Shown here: positions 9,727-18,844 of the stretch, piece after piece
How positions within the stretch are numbered: the first letter of the stretch is position 1
Layout of the letters: the number at the start of each line of letters is the position of its first letter
Assembly (NCBI GenBank): GCA_965216635.1
Contig: OZ244188.1
Location: 640,001-704,000 of the forward strand
Length of the DNA stretch: 64,000 nt
Origin: a bacterium
GTDB taxonomy: Bacteria; SAR324; XYD2-FULL-50-16; G965216635
Direction: 5' to 3'
Made by a program: the position numbers and the translations under genes
Notes under the pieces: generated by a model
Told to the model about the DNA's origin: nothing
The model's input: the letters and a program-made list of their open reading frames with translations, nothing else
The model's database searches: none

Positions 9727-11463
9727 TTAAAACCCAAAACCATAGGAAAAAGAAGCAGACATACGCCAAACAACGGGTACTTTTATTTTGAAAGGTTTTG
9801 TGGATTCATCCGGTACTTCATAGGAATAAGACAGATTAAGTCCTTTATAGGAAAAATTTAAAGCTGTTCCTCCACCAGACAGGCAGCGATAATTTTTAGC
9901 TCCAAAACTAGATTCTACACATCCGTAATCATAATACAGAGAAAAATTAAAAGCATTTGCAAAAGATCCTAAAGAAGAAATTCCTTGCAAAGGGCGAATA
10001 GAAATCGTGTGCTGTTGAAACCATCCTATATCGTCGGTAAAACCATTGGAACTATAGCCCCTTACATTGCTACCAGCACCTATTGTGATTTGTGCGATAG
10101 CTTCCCTGTCCGCTACCTGTGCTTGTAGTCTTGTGGTATAATTGACGGTAGATTTTTTTAAAAAATTTATACTGTAGGAAACGCTGCCAGCCCAAAGAGC
10201 GTATTGTAAATGTGTATCTTGTGACCTAATGTCTGGTGGGTCTTCTTTTGCATTGAACCAAGACAGTCCTTCTCTATAGGATAGAAATGGAGATAAAATT
10301 CCCCCTCCTACAACAAACGAACCCGATAAACTAATATTAGCTGTTGTTTGTTTTTTAGAAGAAATCCCTACAAATGTGTCATTGATAAAAACTCTATTTT
10401 CTGCAGTGGTTAGACTGGTGCTTAAAGCTATTTCTTTACTTCTCTTTTTTAAAAGAATTTTTCTCAAAGTCAAACTTTGACTGTTGGAATCTCCTTTTTG
10501 AATAAATAGCGGTTGAGGTAGAGAATAAGCACTCCCAAAATAAGAACCAGAAATGGTATAATATCCTATAGGTAAAGAAAAGTTTGTAAAATAGGCTCGG
10601 TTGTATGTGTTTTCTTCTTCATTGTCTTTTTCAGCTCTGGTGTAAGAAAGAGCTATACGCTCGTTGAGACCAAAAATATCTTCAACAGTAAGACTGGGAT
10701 TATAGCTGTATTTTCCGTAAAAATTATTGTTTCCTAAATAAGTTGTTGCTAACTTCAGATAAGTGTGTTTTTCTTTTTTTAGTGGAATATTTATATCACT
10801 AAAGCCTTTTTCTTTAGTAGGAATAGCCCGTATTTCAGCTTGAGAAAAGCGAAGTCTATTGATTTGCTTAAGTCCTTGTTCTAGATCGTAAATATTAAAA
10901 ACATCTCCTTCCAAAAAAGAAAAAGCTGTTTTTTTACGAAGTTGATTTTTGATTCCTTCACCATTACCGACTTGGATTTTTCTAATTTTACCCTCTACTA
11001 TTTTAATAATAAGTTCCCTTGTTAAAAGATTAGATTTTTTATCTATAAAAACACGGGTTAAACTATATCCTCTATTATGATAAAAACGAGTTATTTCAGT
11101 GATGAGTGTGTCTATATTTCTGGTATTCAAACAATGGAAAAGGTATTTTACAAAAATTTTTTCTAATTTTTTTTTGCTAAAAATAGTATTTCCTTCAAAT
11201 TGAATAGAAAAAAATTTAAAACACTGGTTTGTTGTTTGAAGAACAGTTATATCCGATGTAGTTTCAAAAAATTGCATTAATGCATCTATGGAACTATCTG
11301 GAGTTATAGGTGAGGGCTTTTTCTCTACAAATAAAAATTTTTTGTGCAGTCCTCGGGGAGTTGTGATTTTTTCTGCTTCCCTATCTTGTGCTTTTATAGG
11401 TGATGCAAATAGTAGGAAAATTAAGATACTTCCAATAATCCAGCTAGGTTTTATTGGAAACAT
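9727..11463 (-). CDS. ShlB/FhaC-family TpsB outer-membrane transporter
   Basis: POTRA region (GNTIFS...CLN...FYHNRGY...EGKI), NVRGY loop-6 motif, C-terminal F. Confidence 0.9.
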   Translation of the reverse strand: MFPIKPSWIIGSILIFLLFASPIKAQDREAEKITTPRGLHKKFLFVEKKPSPITPDSSIDALMQFFETTSDITVLQTTNQCFKFFSIQFEGNTIFSKKKLEKIFVKYLFHCLNTRNIDTLITEITRFYHNRGYSLTRVFIDKKSNLLTRELIIKIVEGKIRKIQVGNGEGIKNQLRKKTAFSFLEGDVFNIYDLEQGLKQINRLRFSQAEIRAIPTKEKGFSDINIPLKKEKHTYLKLATTYLGNNNFYGKYSYNPSLTVEDIFGLNERIALSYTRAEKDNEEENTYNRAYFTNFSLPIGYYTISGSYFGSAYSLPQPLFIQKGDSNSQSLTLRKILLKKRSKEIALSTSLTTAENRVFINDTFVGISSKKQTTANISLSGSFVVGGGILSPFLSYREGLSWFNAKEDPPDIRSQDTHLQYALWAGSVSYSINFLKKSTVNYTTRLQAQVADREAIAQITIGAGSNVRGYSSNGFTDDIGWFQQHTISIRPLQGISSLGSFANAFNFSLYYDYGCVESSFGAKNYRCLSGGGTALNFSYKGLNLSYSYEVPDESTKPFKIKVPVVWRMSASFSYGFGF

Positions 11464-11489
11464 TATAGGTATTGAAAATAATTTAGATA

Positions 11490-12320
11490 TTATTTTAGTT
11501 TTATTGTAGGATTTTTATGTATTTTTCGTGCAGTCTTTTGAGCTTCTAAAATTTCGCTAATATTTAACTGCTTTCCTATTTCAACAAGTTGTTGTTTAGC
11601 TTGATTAGAACCCAAAGAAGAAGCTATGTTATAATAGACGTGGGCGTAGATAAGATTTTTTTTAACTACTTTTCCTTCCTTGTAATATTCAGCCAATTTT
11701 AGAACAGCTGGAAGAAAACTTTTTGTAGACGATTTATGATACCAGTCGTAAGCTTTTTTATCACTTTTAGAGACATAAGTTCCTTCTTCATAAAACTTTC
11801 CTACTTGGTAGCTAGCTAAAGCATTACCTTTTTCACCTGCTTTTTCATAATTTTGGAAAGCTTTTTTTAAGTTTTTTTTTACTATAGTTCCATTAGTATA
11901 TAGTCCCCCTAAAAATAAATTAGCAAGTTCATCAGTTTTTGCGGATTCCTCAAGGAGTTGTATTGCTTTGTTAAAATCTTGCAATACAAATTCACCATTT
12001 AAATAATAGATGGCATATTGAGTTTGTGCAGGAATATATTTTTTTTCAAATGCTCTCTTGTAATACTCAAACCCTATTTTTCTTTGTGGTTTTATACCAC
12101 CCAGACCTTCACTATAGATTCTACCTAGATAATAAAAGGCTTCAGGTTCTTCTGTTTCTTTAACAATTTGTAAAAAAAGATTGGCTGATTCTTTGATTTT
12201 ATTTTGTTTAAATAATTCTATTGCTCTATTTAGAGAATTTTCTTGAGCACTTAATAAAGGCATTAAAAAAAAAGCTAATAAGACAAGCCAATATTTAGTA
12301 AAAATGTGATTTCTAGACAT
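11490..12320 (-). CDS. Sel1-like repeat protein with signal peptide
   Basis: Repeated A.Y.LG..Y..G motifs; start taken at MSRNH. Confidence 0.9.
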   Translation of the reverse strand: MSRNHIFTKYWLVLLAFFLMPLLSAQENSLNRAIELFKQNKIKESANLFLQIVKETEEPEAFYYLGRIYSEGLGGIKPQRKIGFEYYKRAFEKKYIPAQTQYAIYYLNGEFVLQDFNKAIQLLEESAKTDELANLFLGGLYTNGTIVKKNLKKAFQNYEKAGEKGNALASYQVGKFYEEGTYVSKSDKKAYDWYHKSSTKSFLPAVLKLAEYYKEGKVVKKNLIYAHVYYNIASSLGSNQAKQQLVEIGKQLNISEILEAQKTARKIHKNPTIKLK

Positions 12321-12439
12321 ATTGTTTTTTATGTAAAAAATTATTATCAAACCGAGACAAAAATATTAATACTCCAAAAAAGTATATTATGCAACTAATA
12401 TTTATTAAATGTCTAAAAAATATTAAAATTAAGATAAAT

Positions 12440-12687
12440 AAAGATCCACCGGCTCTTTTACATTTCTTTTTTGCCTTATTTAGACCACATAACGCAAATT
12501 TTGTAGTGCCTGGTCCCATTATTGTGGCACTACGATATTTCAGAGTTAATTTTTTTTTTTAAACTATTGCCATTTGTGAAGAAATGCTCTTCAGTATTCC
12601 AGCGAGCTAAAAAAATTTTTCGCACCTGTTCTAATCATTTGGCTAGCCCCAATAATGGAATAAGCATCAGCGAAATTCAAAGCTCTA
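12440..12687. mobile_element. MITE remnant (interior plus right end)
   Basis: GTAGTGCC...GGCACTAC, GTGAAGAAATGCTCTTCAGTATTCC modules; end AAATTCAAAGCTCTA. Confidence 0.75.
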
Positions 12688-12797
12688 CAATAGATTTAAA
12701 GACTGGAATAAAATCAAACAATGACCCAAACAACAACACAAACTAACAAACACAAAGAAAAATTATCTTTGATACAACTGAGGAATTTTAGAGAGAG

Positions 12798-13874
12798 TTA
12801 GTTTTTTTGCATAGATTCTATTTTTATAGCTTGTTCGTAGGCAAGTAAGGCAGTGACAAAATCGCTAATATCTCCGTTATTCATAATTTCTTCTAGTGTA
12901 TTTTTTGTCATTTTTATGCGGTGGTCGGTAATTCTACTTTGAGGATAATTGTAGGTTCTAATTTTTTCTGATCTATCTCCACTGCCTACCATTTCTTTTC
13001 TTAAGGAGGATTGTTTTTTATCGGATTCTTCTAGTGTTTTTTCATAGAGTTTTGAGCTAAGGTATTTCATAGCTTTTGCTCTATTTTTGATTTGTGATCT
13101 TTCGTCTTGACAGCTTACTACTATACCTGTGGGTAAGTGCGTGATTCTTACTGCTGAATCTGTGGTATTAACATGTTGTCCACCAGCTCCTTGGGAGCGG
13201 TAAGTATCTATTTTTAAGTCTACTTGTTGAATCTCTATATCTACTTTATCTGGTTCTGCTAAAACTGCCACTGTGACAGCTGAGGTATGAATTCTGCCTT
13301 GACTTTCTGTGCGAGGAATCCTCTGAACTCTGTGGGTGCCTGCTTCAAATTTTAAAAGGCTGTAGACATTTTCTCCTTTGACATTTAAAGCTATAGACTT
13401 ATAACCGCCGATGGTAACGAAATTGGCTTCTAAAATTTCTACTTGCCATCCTTTTAGTTCTGCAAATTTACTGTAGAGTTTTAGTAGATCTGCTACAAAA
13501 AGTCCCGCTTCATCTCCACCTGTGCCTGCACGAATTTCTAAAATTACATTTTTTTCGTCTCTAGGATCTCTAGGTATTAATAAAATTTTTGCATGTTCTT
13601 TAAGTTTTTCTTGGTTTTGCAGTAGTATTTCTTTTTCTTGTAAGGCGAGTTGTTTTAATTCTTCGTCTTTACTTTCTTGGATGATTTTTTCACAGTCTTG
13701 CAAATCCAAAGTTATTTTTTGGATTTTTGTATAAAGCTCAAAAGCGGGGAAAAAACTAGCTTGTTCTTTGGAGAGTTTTTGAATTTTAGTAGAATCTTGA
13801 AATAAATTTTCGTCTTTCAATAATTCACTTAATTCTTCGTAACGGGTAGCAATTTTTTTTAATTGCTGAATCAT
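12798..13874 (-). CDS. prfA: peptide chain release factor 1
   Basis: EIRAGTGGDEA, GAGGQHVNTTDSAVR, RSEKIRTYNYPQSRITDHRI. Confidence 0.96.
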   Translation of the reverse strand: MIQQLKKIATRYEELSELLKDENLFQDSTKIQKLSKEQASFFPAFELYTKIQKITLDLQDCEKIIQESKDEELKQLALQEKEILLQNQEKLKEHAKILLIPRDPRDEKNVILEIRAGTGGDEAGLFVADLLKLYSKFAELKGWQVEILEANFVTIGGYKSIALNVKGENVYSLLKFEAGTHRVQRIPRTESQGRIHTSAVTVAVLAEPDKVDIEIQQVDLKIDTYRSQGAGGQHVNTTDSAVRITHLPTGIVVSCQDERSQIKNRAKAMKYLSSKLYEKTLEESDKKQSSLRKEMVGSGDRSEKIRTYNYPQSRITDHRIKMTKNTLEEIMNNGDISDFVTALLAYEQAIKIESMQKN

Positions 13875-13885
13875 AAAAATTTATT

Positions 13886-14396
13886 AAGACTGTTGAATTA
13901 GGCATATAGAAAAGCTAGACAAGGCTATCAAGTTTTTTATTTTTGTAGTAAGCAAATCGGTTCAGTAGCACTACAAAATTTTATAGATTTTTGAATTTGC
14001 ATTCTGTTTAGCCAAAGCAAGCTTATTGCTTTCACCCTATACAGGCTTTAGCAAAAGAGCCAGTGGTTTTACCAGCGGCTCTTTTGCACTCCTTTTTTAG
14101 AGTATGCAAGGTTTGTAGTGTCTGGTCTCATTATTGTGGCACTACGGCATTGAAAATTTTTTTTTAACTCTTGCCATTTGTGAAGAAATGCTCTTCAGTA
14201 TTCCTACGAGCTAAAAATTTTTTTCGCACCTGTTCTAACCATTTGGTTAGCCGTCACAGCTGGTTTTGTCCTATTTGGCAAATTCAAAGGTCTATTTTAT
14301 AGCCTGTATAAAATTCTATACAATAAGACAAGTATCTTGAGGAATAAAAAACTTGGAAGACTGCAGTATAGCCGAACTAGGCGGTATTGCAGTCTC
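13886..14396. mobile_element. nested MITEs (inner copy 13984-14294)
   Basis: Outer AAGACTGTTGAATTAG...CAGTCTC; inner TAGAT...GTCTA with perfect TSD TTTTA. Confidence 0.85.
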
Positions 14397-14404
14397 ACTA
14401 ATTT

Positions 14405-14614
14405 TTACTGTGTTTTTTTTTGATAACGGCGATTAAACTGTTCTATACGACCTTCAGTATCTACTACTTTTTGGTTACCTACGTAAAAAGGGTGACAAGC
14501 AGAGCAAATTTCTACTTTAATCTCGCCTCCCATAACAGAATTTGTTTCAACAGTATGACCGCAGCTACAAATATACTTTGTGGCTCTGAATTTGGGGTGT
14601 ATATTGGATTTCAT
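14405..14614 (-). CDS. rpmE: 50S ribosomal protein L31 (Zn-binding type)
   Basis: MKSNIHPKF...CSCG...CSACHPFY...GRIEQFNRRY. Confidence 0.96.
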   Translation of the reverse strand: MKSNIHPKFRATKYICSCGHTVETNSVMGGEIKVEICSACHPFYVGNQKVVDTEGRIEQFNRRYQKKTQ

Positions 14615-14626
14615 TTTTAATTTAAG

Positions 14627-15080
14627 TAGTGTTGAATTAGCGTTCTGTTTAGCCAAAACAATCGTTAAAAAAAAATTTAACTTTCTCAGAATTACTGGGC
14701 ATTTATGAATAAAGGCTCTCTTACTGCTATCTATTTCATAAGGGTTACTGCAAAAGATCCACTGGCTCTTTTGCAGTCCATATCAGTATTAGCGTTAAGT
14801 TTTGTAGTGCCCTGGTCCCATTATTGTGGCACTACGATATTCCTATAGACTTTTGAATTTGCTTATCTAGTTTAGCCAAAGCAATCGTTAAAAAAAAATT
14901 TTTAACTCTTGCCATTTGTGAAGAAATGCTCTTCAGTATTCCAGCAAGCTGAAAAATTTTTTCTCACCTGCTCTAACCATTTGGCTAGCCGTCACAGCTG
15001 GTTTTGTCCTATTTGGCAAATTCAAAGGTCTATCCTATAAATTTTTTTTGTCTTTCCTAATGCCTGATTAAAAAGGTTTA
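14627..15080. mobile_element. nested MITEs (inner copy 14846-15032)
   Basis: Inner TAGAC...GTCTA with perfect TSD TCCTA inside a degenerate outer copy. Confidence 0.85.
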
Positions 15081-15099
15081 TTCAAGGTTTGTCAGTTCC

Positions 15100-16389
15100 C
15101 TAACGATTCACATTTTTTAATAATTCTTTATTTGTTGAATAGGTTTTGAATTGGTTCAATAACATTTCCATGCTTTCTATAGAATTCATTGAAGATAAAA
15201 TTTTTCTCATTTTCCATATTTCTGCTAGATCATTTTTGTCAATTAATAGTTCTTCTTTTCGGGTAGCAGATTTATCAAGTTCTATCGCTGGAAATATTCT
15301 TTTTTCCACTAATTTTCTATCTAAAACTAGTTCTTGGTTACCTGTGCCTTTGAATTCTTCAAAAATCACCTCGTCCATACGGCTGCCTGTCTCAATCAAA
15401 GCAGTAGCTATAATGGTTAAGGAACCTCCGTTTTCAATATTACGAGCTGCTCCAAAAAATCTTTTAGGTCTATGTAAGGCATTGGTATCTACACCTCCTG
15501 AGAGAACTTTACCACTTGGAGGAATTACTGCATTATAAGCCCGAGCTAGACGGGTTATAGAATCTAGTAAAATAACTACATCGTGTTTATGTTCTATGAG
15601 TCTTTTTGCTTTTTCAATTACCATCTCAGCTACTTGGACATGTCTTGTTGCAGGTTCATCAAATGTAGAACTAATGACTTCTCCTTTAACAGAACGCTCC
15701 ATATCAGTTACTTCTTCTGGTCTTTCGTCAATTAACAACACAATTAGAATTATGTCTGGGTAATTAAGTGAAATACTTTGCGCTATTCTCTGCAGAATAG
15801 TTGTTTTGCCTGTTCTAGGAGGTGCTACAATTAACCCTCGTTGTCCTTTACCTATGGGACAAAAAAAATCCATTACACGTGCAATATTAGAACAATCTTT
15901 ATACTCTAATTTAAGCTGATTATCAGGATAAAGAGGAATTTGATTCTCAAATAAGGTGCGTTTGCGTGCATCTTCTGGGTTATCGTAGTTGATCTTTTCT
16001 ATTCTAATCAAGGCATAGTATCTTTCTCCTTCTTTAGGAGGTCGGACTTGTCCTTCCACAGTATCTCCTTTCTTTAAGTTAAACTTACGAATTTGTGAAG
16101 GAGAAACATAAATGTCGTCTGGTCCAGGCATATAGTTAAAATGAGGAGACCTTAAAAAACCAAAATTATCAGGGAGAATTTCTAAAACTCCTGCACAGTG
16201 GATGACTCCACCATTACTTACTTGGCTCTGCAGAATCTCAAAAATGAGGTCCTGCTGTAGATAATTATTAGGATCTTGAATTTTGTATTTATCAGCGACT
16301 TTTTCTAATTCTTCTCTACTTAAATTTTTAAGAGCGAATAGGTCAATGATTTCATCGTGGGGGGGTTGAGTAATCAAATTTTTTATCAT
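15100..16389 (-). CDS. rho: transcription termination factor Rho
   Basis: [53 protein letters not shown]. Confidence 0.98.
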   Translation of the reverse strand: MIKNLITQPPHDEIIDLFALKNLSREELEKVADKYKIQDPNNYLQQDLIFEILQSQVSNGGVIHCAGVLEILPDNFGFLRSPHFNYMPGPDDIYVSPSQIRKFNLKKGDTVEGQVRPPKEGERYYALIRIEKINYDNPEDARKRTLFENQIPLYPDNQLKLEYKDCSNIARVMDFFCPIGKGQRGLIVAPPRTGKTTILQRIAQSISLNYPDIILIVLLIDERPEEVTDMERSVKGEVISSTFDEPATRHVQVAEMVIEKAKRLIEHKHDVVILLDSITRLARAYNAVIPPSGKVLSGGVDTNALHRPKRFFGAARNIENGGSLTIIATALIETGSRMDEVIFEEFKGTGNQELVLDRKLVEKRIFPAIELDKSATRKEELLIDKNDLAEIWKMRKILSSMNSIESMEMLLNQFKTYSTNKELLKNVNR

Positions 16390-16468
16390 AATAGATTAAT
16401 GGTTATTGGAAGCAGAAAACTGCTTTTTTATTTTAAAACTATTGTGGCATTTAAAGTTCACAACAGCT

Positions 16469-17302
16469 TTATTTTTTTTTCTTAATTTTACTGATTGAAT
16501 GAAAAACATTAAGTAATTCTTGCAGAGACTCACTTTGGAAAGAATGCTCATCAACTGAAAAATCATTTTCACCCGAAATTTTCTTGATTGGCTCTGTTTC
16601 TTGCGAGGTAGACCCAGATAAACTATATCTTTTTTGCAATCCAGATTTCGTTTTTGCCAGTTTATTCTTTAACGGTAGATTAGAATGATCTTTGGGAATT
16701 GTTAGGAATTTAAGTAATGCATTACACTTGTAGCAGTTTTTTTTGAAACTGTCAATGATTTTTTGATAGAAATATTTTTTTTGTGAAATATTTTTTTCTT
16801 TAGAGTACAATGATCCAATGCAGAAACGAGCGATATTGCCTAAAAACACTAACAAAAATGGAGAAATACGGTAACGCGATAAAATCAAAAAAAGCGAAAA
16901 AATATTTAAAATTACTATAAAAACCTTCCAATAGGTAGTAAAAAAGAGCTCTTTTGATACCAAAGCAAAGCTCCCAAAATACTTATAAACTACATTTATT
17001 TCAGTCTCCCATAGAATGCCTATTAACATAGAAATACCCAAAGGTACTGAGAAATAAAAAATCCAACGAACCCAAAATTGAGTATTATGATACAAAAAAA
17101 GCATAGCTGTTGGTAACCAAAAAATACTAATTCCATAAAGAGAGATAAGTAGGTTGGGGATAAAAAAAAGAATTATAAAGAATAAATTTTTTTCTGATAC
17201 AAAAATGTTTGGTAAAATATTAAAAAAATAAGCACAAAAGAAGCTAAAATATAGTAAAAAAGCTAATAAAAAACGAAAATAAGAAAATTTATAAGTAGAC
17301 AT
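16469..17302 (-). CDS. hypothetical membrane protein (4 TM N-terminus, possibly FtsK 4TM-like)
   Basis: Four hydrophobic segments followed by a basic tail; no motor domain. Confidence 0.5.
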   Translation of the reverse strand: MSTYKFSYFRFLLAFLLYFSFFCAYFFNILPNIFVSEKNLFFIILFFIPNLLISLYGISIFWLPTAMLFLYHNTQFWVRWIFYFSVPLGISMLIGILWETEINVVYKYFGSFALVSKELFFTTYWKVFIVILNIFSLFLILSRYRISPFLLVFLGNIARFCIGSLYSKEKNISQKKYFYQKIIDSFKKNCYKCNALLKFLTIPKDHSNLPLKNKLAKTKSGLQKRYSLSGSTSQETEPIKKISGENDFSVDEHSFQSESLQELLNVFHSISKIKKKK

Positions 17303-17387
17303 GTGGGGGATTGTTTGGCTGTTTTTTACTTTATATTTTATTTAAAAACACCAACATTCAAATACTTGTATAAGAAACAACCATATT

Positions 17388-18000
17388 GAGACTGTTGCAT
17401 TAGTCTCTTAAAAGAGAGATACTACATAAGTATTTCTTTAATCAATACTTAAATTAAAAATCACTATGAAATGGAAAAAATGATATGTCCTTTTTTGCTA
17501 GATGCAAATTATAGAGTGCCCTAGTACAATTATCGTGGCACTACGATATTTCTCGTGGGTGAAAAATTTTCGCGACTTGTCTGGCTTTCCTATAATGTTA
17601 TCGTTTTAAAAAAAAATTATTTTCAGGTGATTTTTATCTTTGCCGTTGGTTTTTTTGTCTTAGCTGTTTTTTCTTGTTGATTTTTTGCTATAACAGAGAT
17701 AAGATTTTTTTATTATTGATTAAAACCGCAAAAAAAACTATGACTACTATGATAGCCGAAGTTTATGAGGCTTTTATCAGTGCAGGAGTAAAAGAAAAAA
17801 AGCAGTAATATCTTTGAGTAAAAGAAAAAAAGCAAAAGAAGCGCTAGATATCAAAACAGATTTAAAAGTCTATTTTATTTAATGCCGTAGTGCAAAACTT
17901 AGTGTCAAGCAAGAACGAAATGTGAAACAGCCACTGGTTGTTTTACAAATAGCCTGTCTTGAATTTCAAGCAATAAGCTTATTTTGGCTAAACAGAATGA
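17388..18000. mobile_element. cluster of degenerate MITE fragments
   Basis: GAGACTGTTGCATTAG end; family interior modules at about 17505-17600 and 17880-18000. Confidence 0.6.
17740..17875 (+). pseudogene. remnant of small coiled-coil (DUF1640-like) gene
   Basis: MTTMIAEVYEAFISAGVKEKK then stop; a duplicated segment continues KAKEALDIKTDLKV after a frameshift. Confidence 0.4.
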
Positions 18001-18030
18001 TAATGCTTTTTTATTATAACCTAAAACTCA

Positions 18031-18378
18031 ATGATTATGTCTAAATATATGTTGCTTTATAGAGCAGATCCTTCTTCAATGAAAGATATGACGGATGAAG
18101 AAAAACAAGCTATGATGGGTGAATGGAAAGAATGGTTTGGAAAGTTAAAAGCAGATGATTCTTTAGTGGACGCTGGAGCTCCTTTGATGTCTACAGCAAA
18201 AATTGTTTCTATGAACACAGTAGAGGACGGTCCTGTAAAATCTGGAGACACTTTTATTAATTATTATATGATTATAAAAGCAGAAAATATGGAGATGGCT
18301 GTGAAGATTGCTAGTGGTTCTCCAACTATAGAAAAAAATTCTATTGAAGTCAGGGAGATGATTAATATGCCTTTTTAA
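18031..18378 (+). CDS. YciI/DGPF-domain protein
   Basis: KYMLLY...W..W...L...DGP...YMIIKA...A...P....SIEVRE. Confidence 0.85.
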   Translation: MIMSKYMLLYRADPSSMKDMTDEEKQAMMGEWKEWFGKLKADDSLVDAGAPLMSTAKIVSMNTVEDGPVKSGDTFINYYMIIKAENMEMAVKIASGSPTIEKNSIEVREMINMPF

Positions 18379-18411
18379 ACTTAAGTTTTTGAAATTTTGT
18401 TTTTAGTTATT

Positions 18412-18765
18412 TAGACCTTTGAATTTGCGTTATGTGATGGCTAGCCAAATGGTTAGAAAAGTGCGAAAAAATTTTTTAGCTCGTAGGAATACTCTCTTAC
18501 TGCTTAACACAAAATAAGGGTTATAGTAAAAGAGCCACTGGCTCTTTTACATTTCTTTTTTGGATTATGCAAATTTTGTAGTGTTTTTCACTACGATATT
18601 TCAAGAGTTAAAAATTTTTTTCAATGGCGTAGTAAAAAACACTACAAAACTTAAAGCTAACACAATATAGACTGCAAAAGAGCCAGTGGCTCTTTTGCTA
18701 AAGCCTGTATAGGGTGAAAGCAATAAGCTTGTTTTGGCTAAACAGAATGCAAATTCAAAAGTCTA
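18412..18765. mobile_element. MITE-like element, long multi-module copy
   Basis: TAGACCTTTGAATTTGC / GCAAATTCAAAAGTCTA; 4-bp flank duplication TATT. Confidence 0.88.
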
Positions 18766-18844
18766 TATTGACTTGTATATTTCAAAAAAAGTAAATTTTT
18801 TTTTACCAGCAAGCACTATGAACCTAACTTTTTTGTATTAAAAT

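Noticed and set aside
14615..14656. N-terminal extension of L31 (likewise the EamA start at 47491)
   Set aside because: Upstream TTG starts fall inside MITE sequence; canonical ATG starts lie downstream
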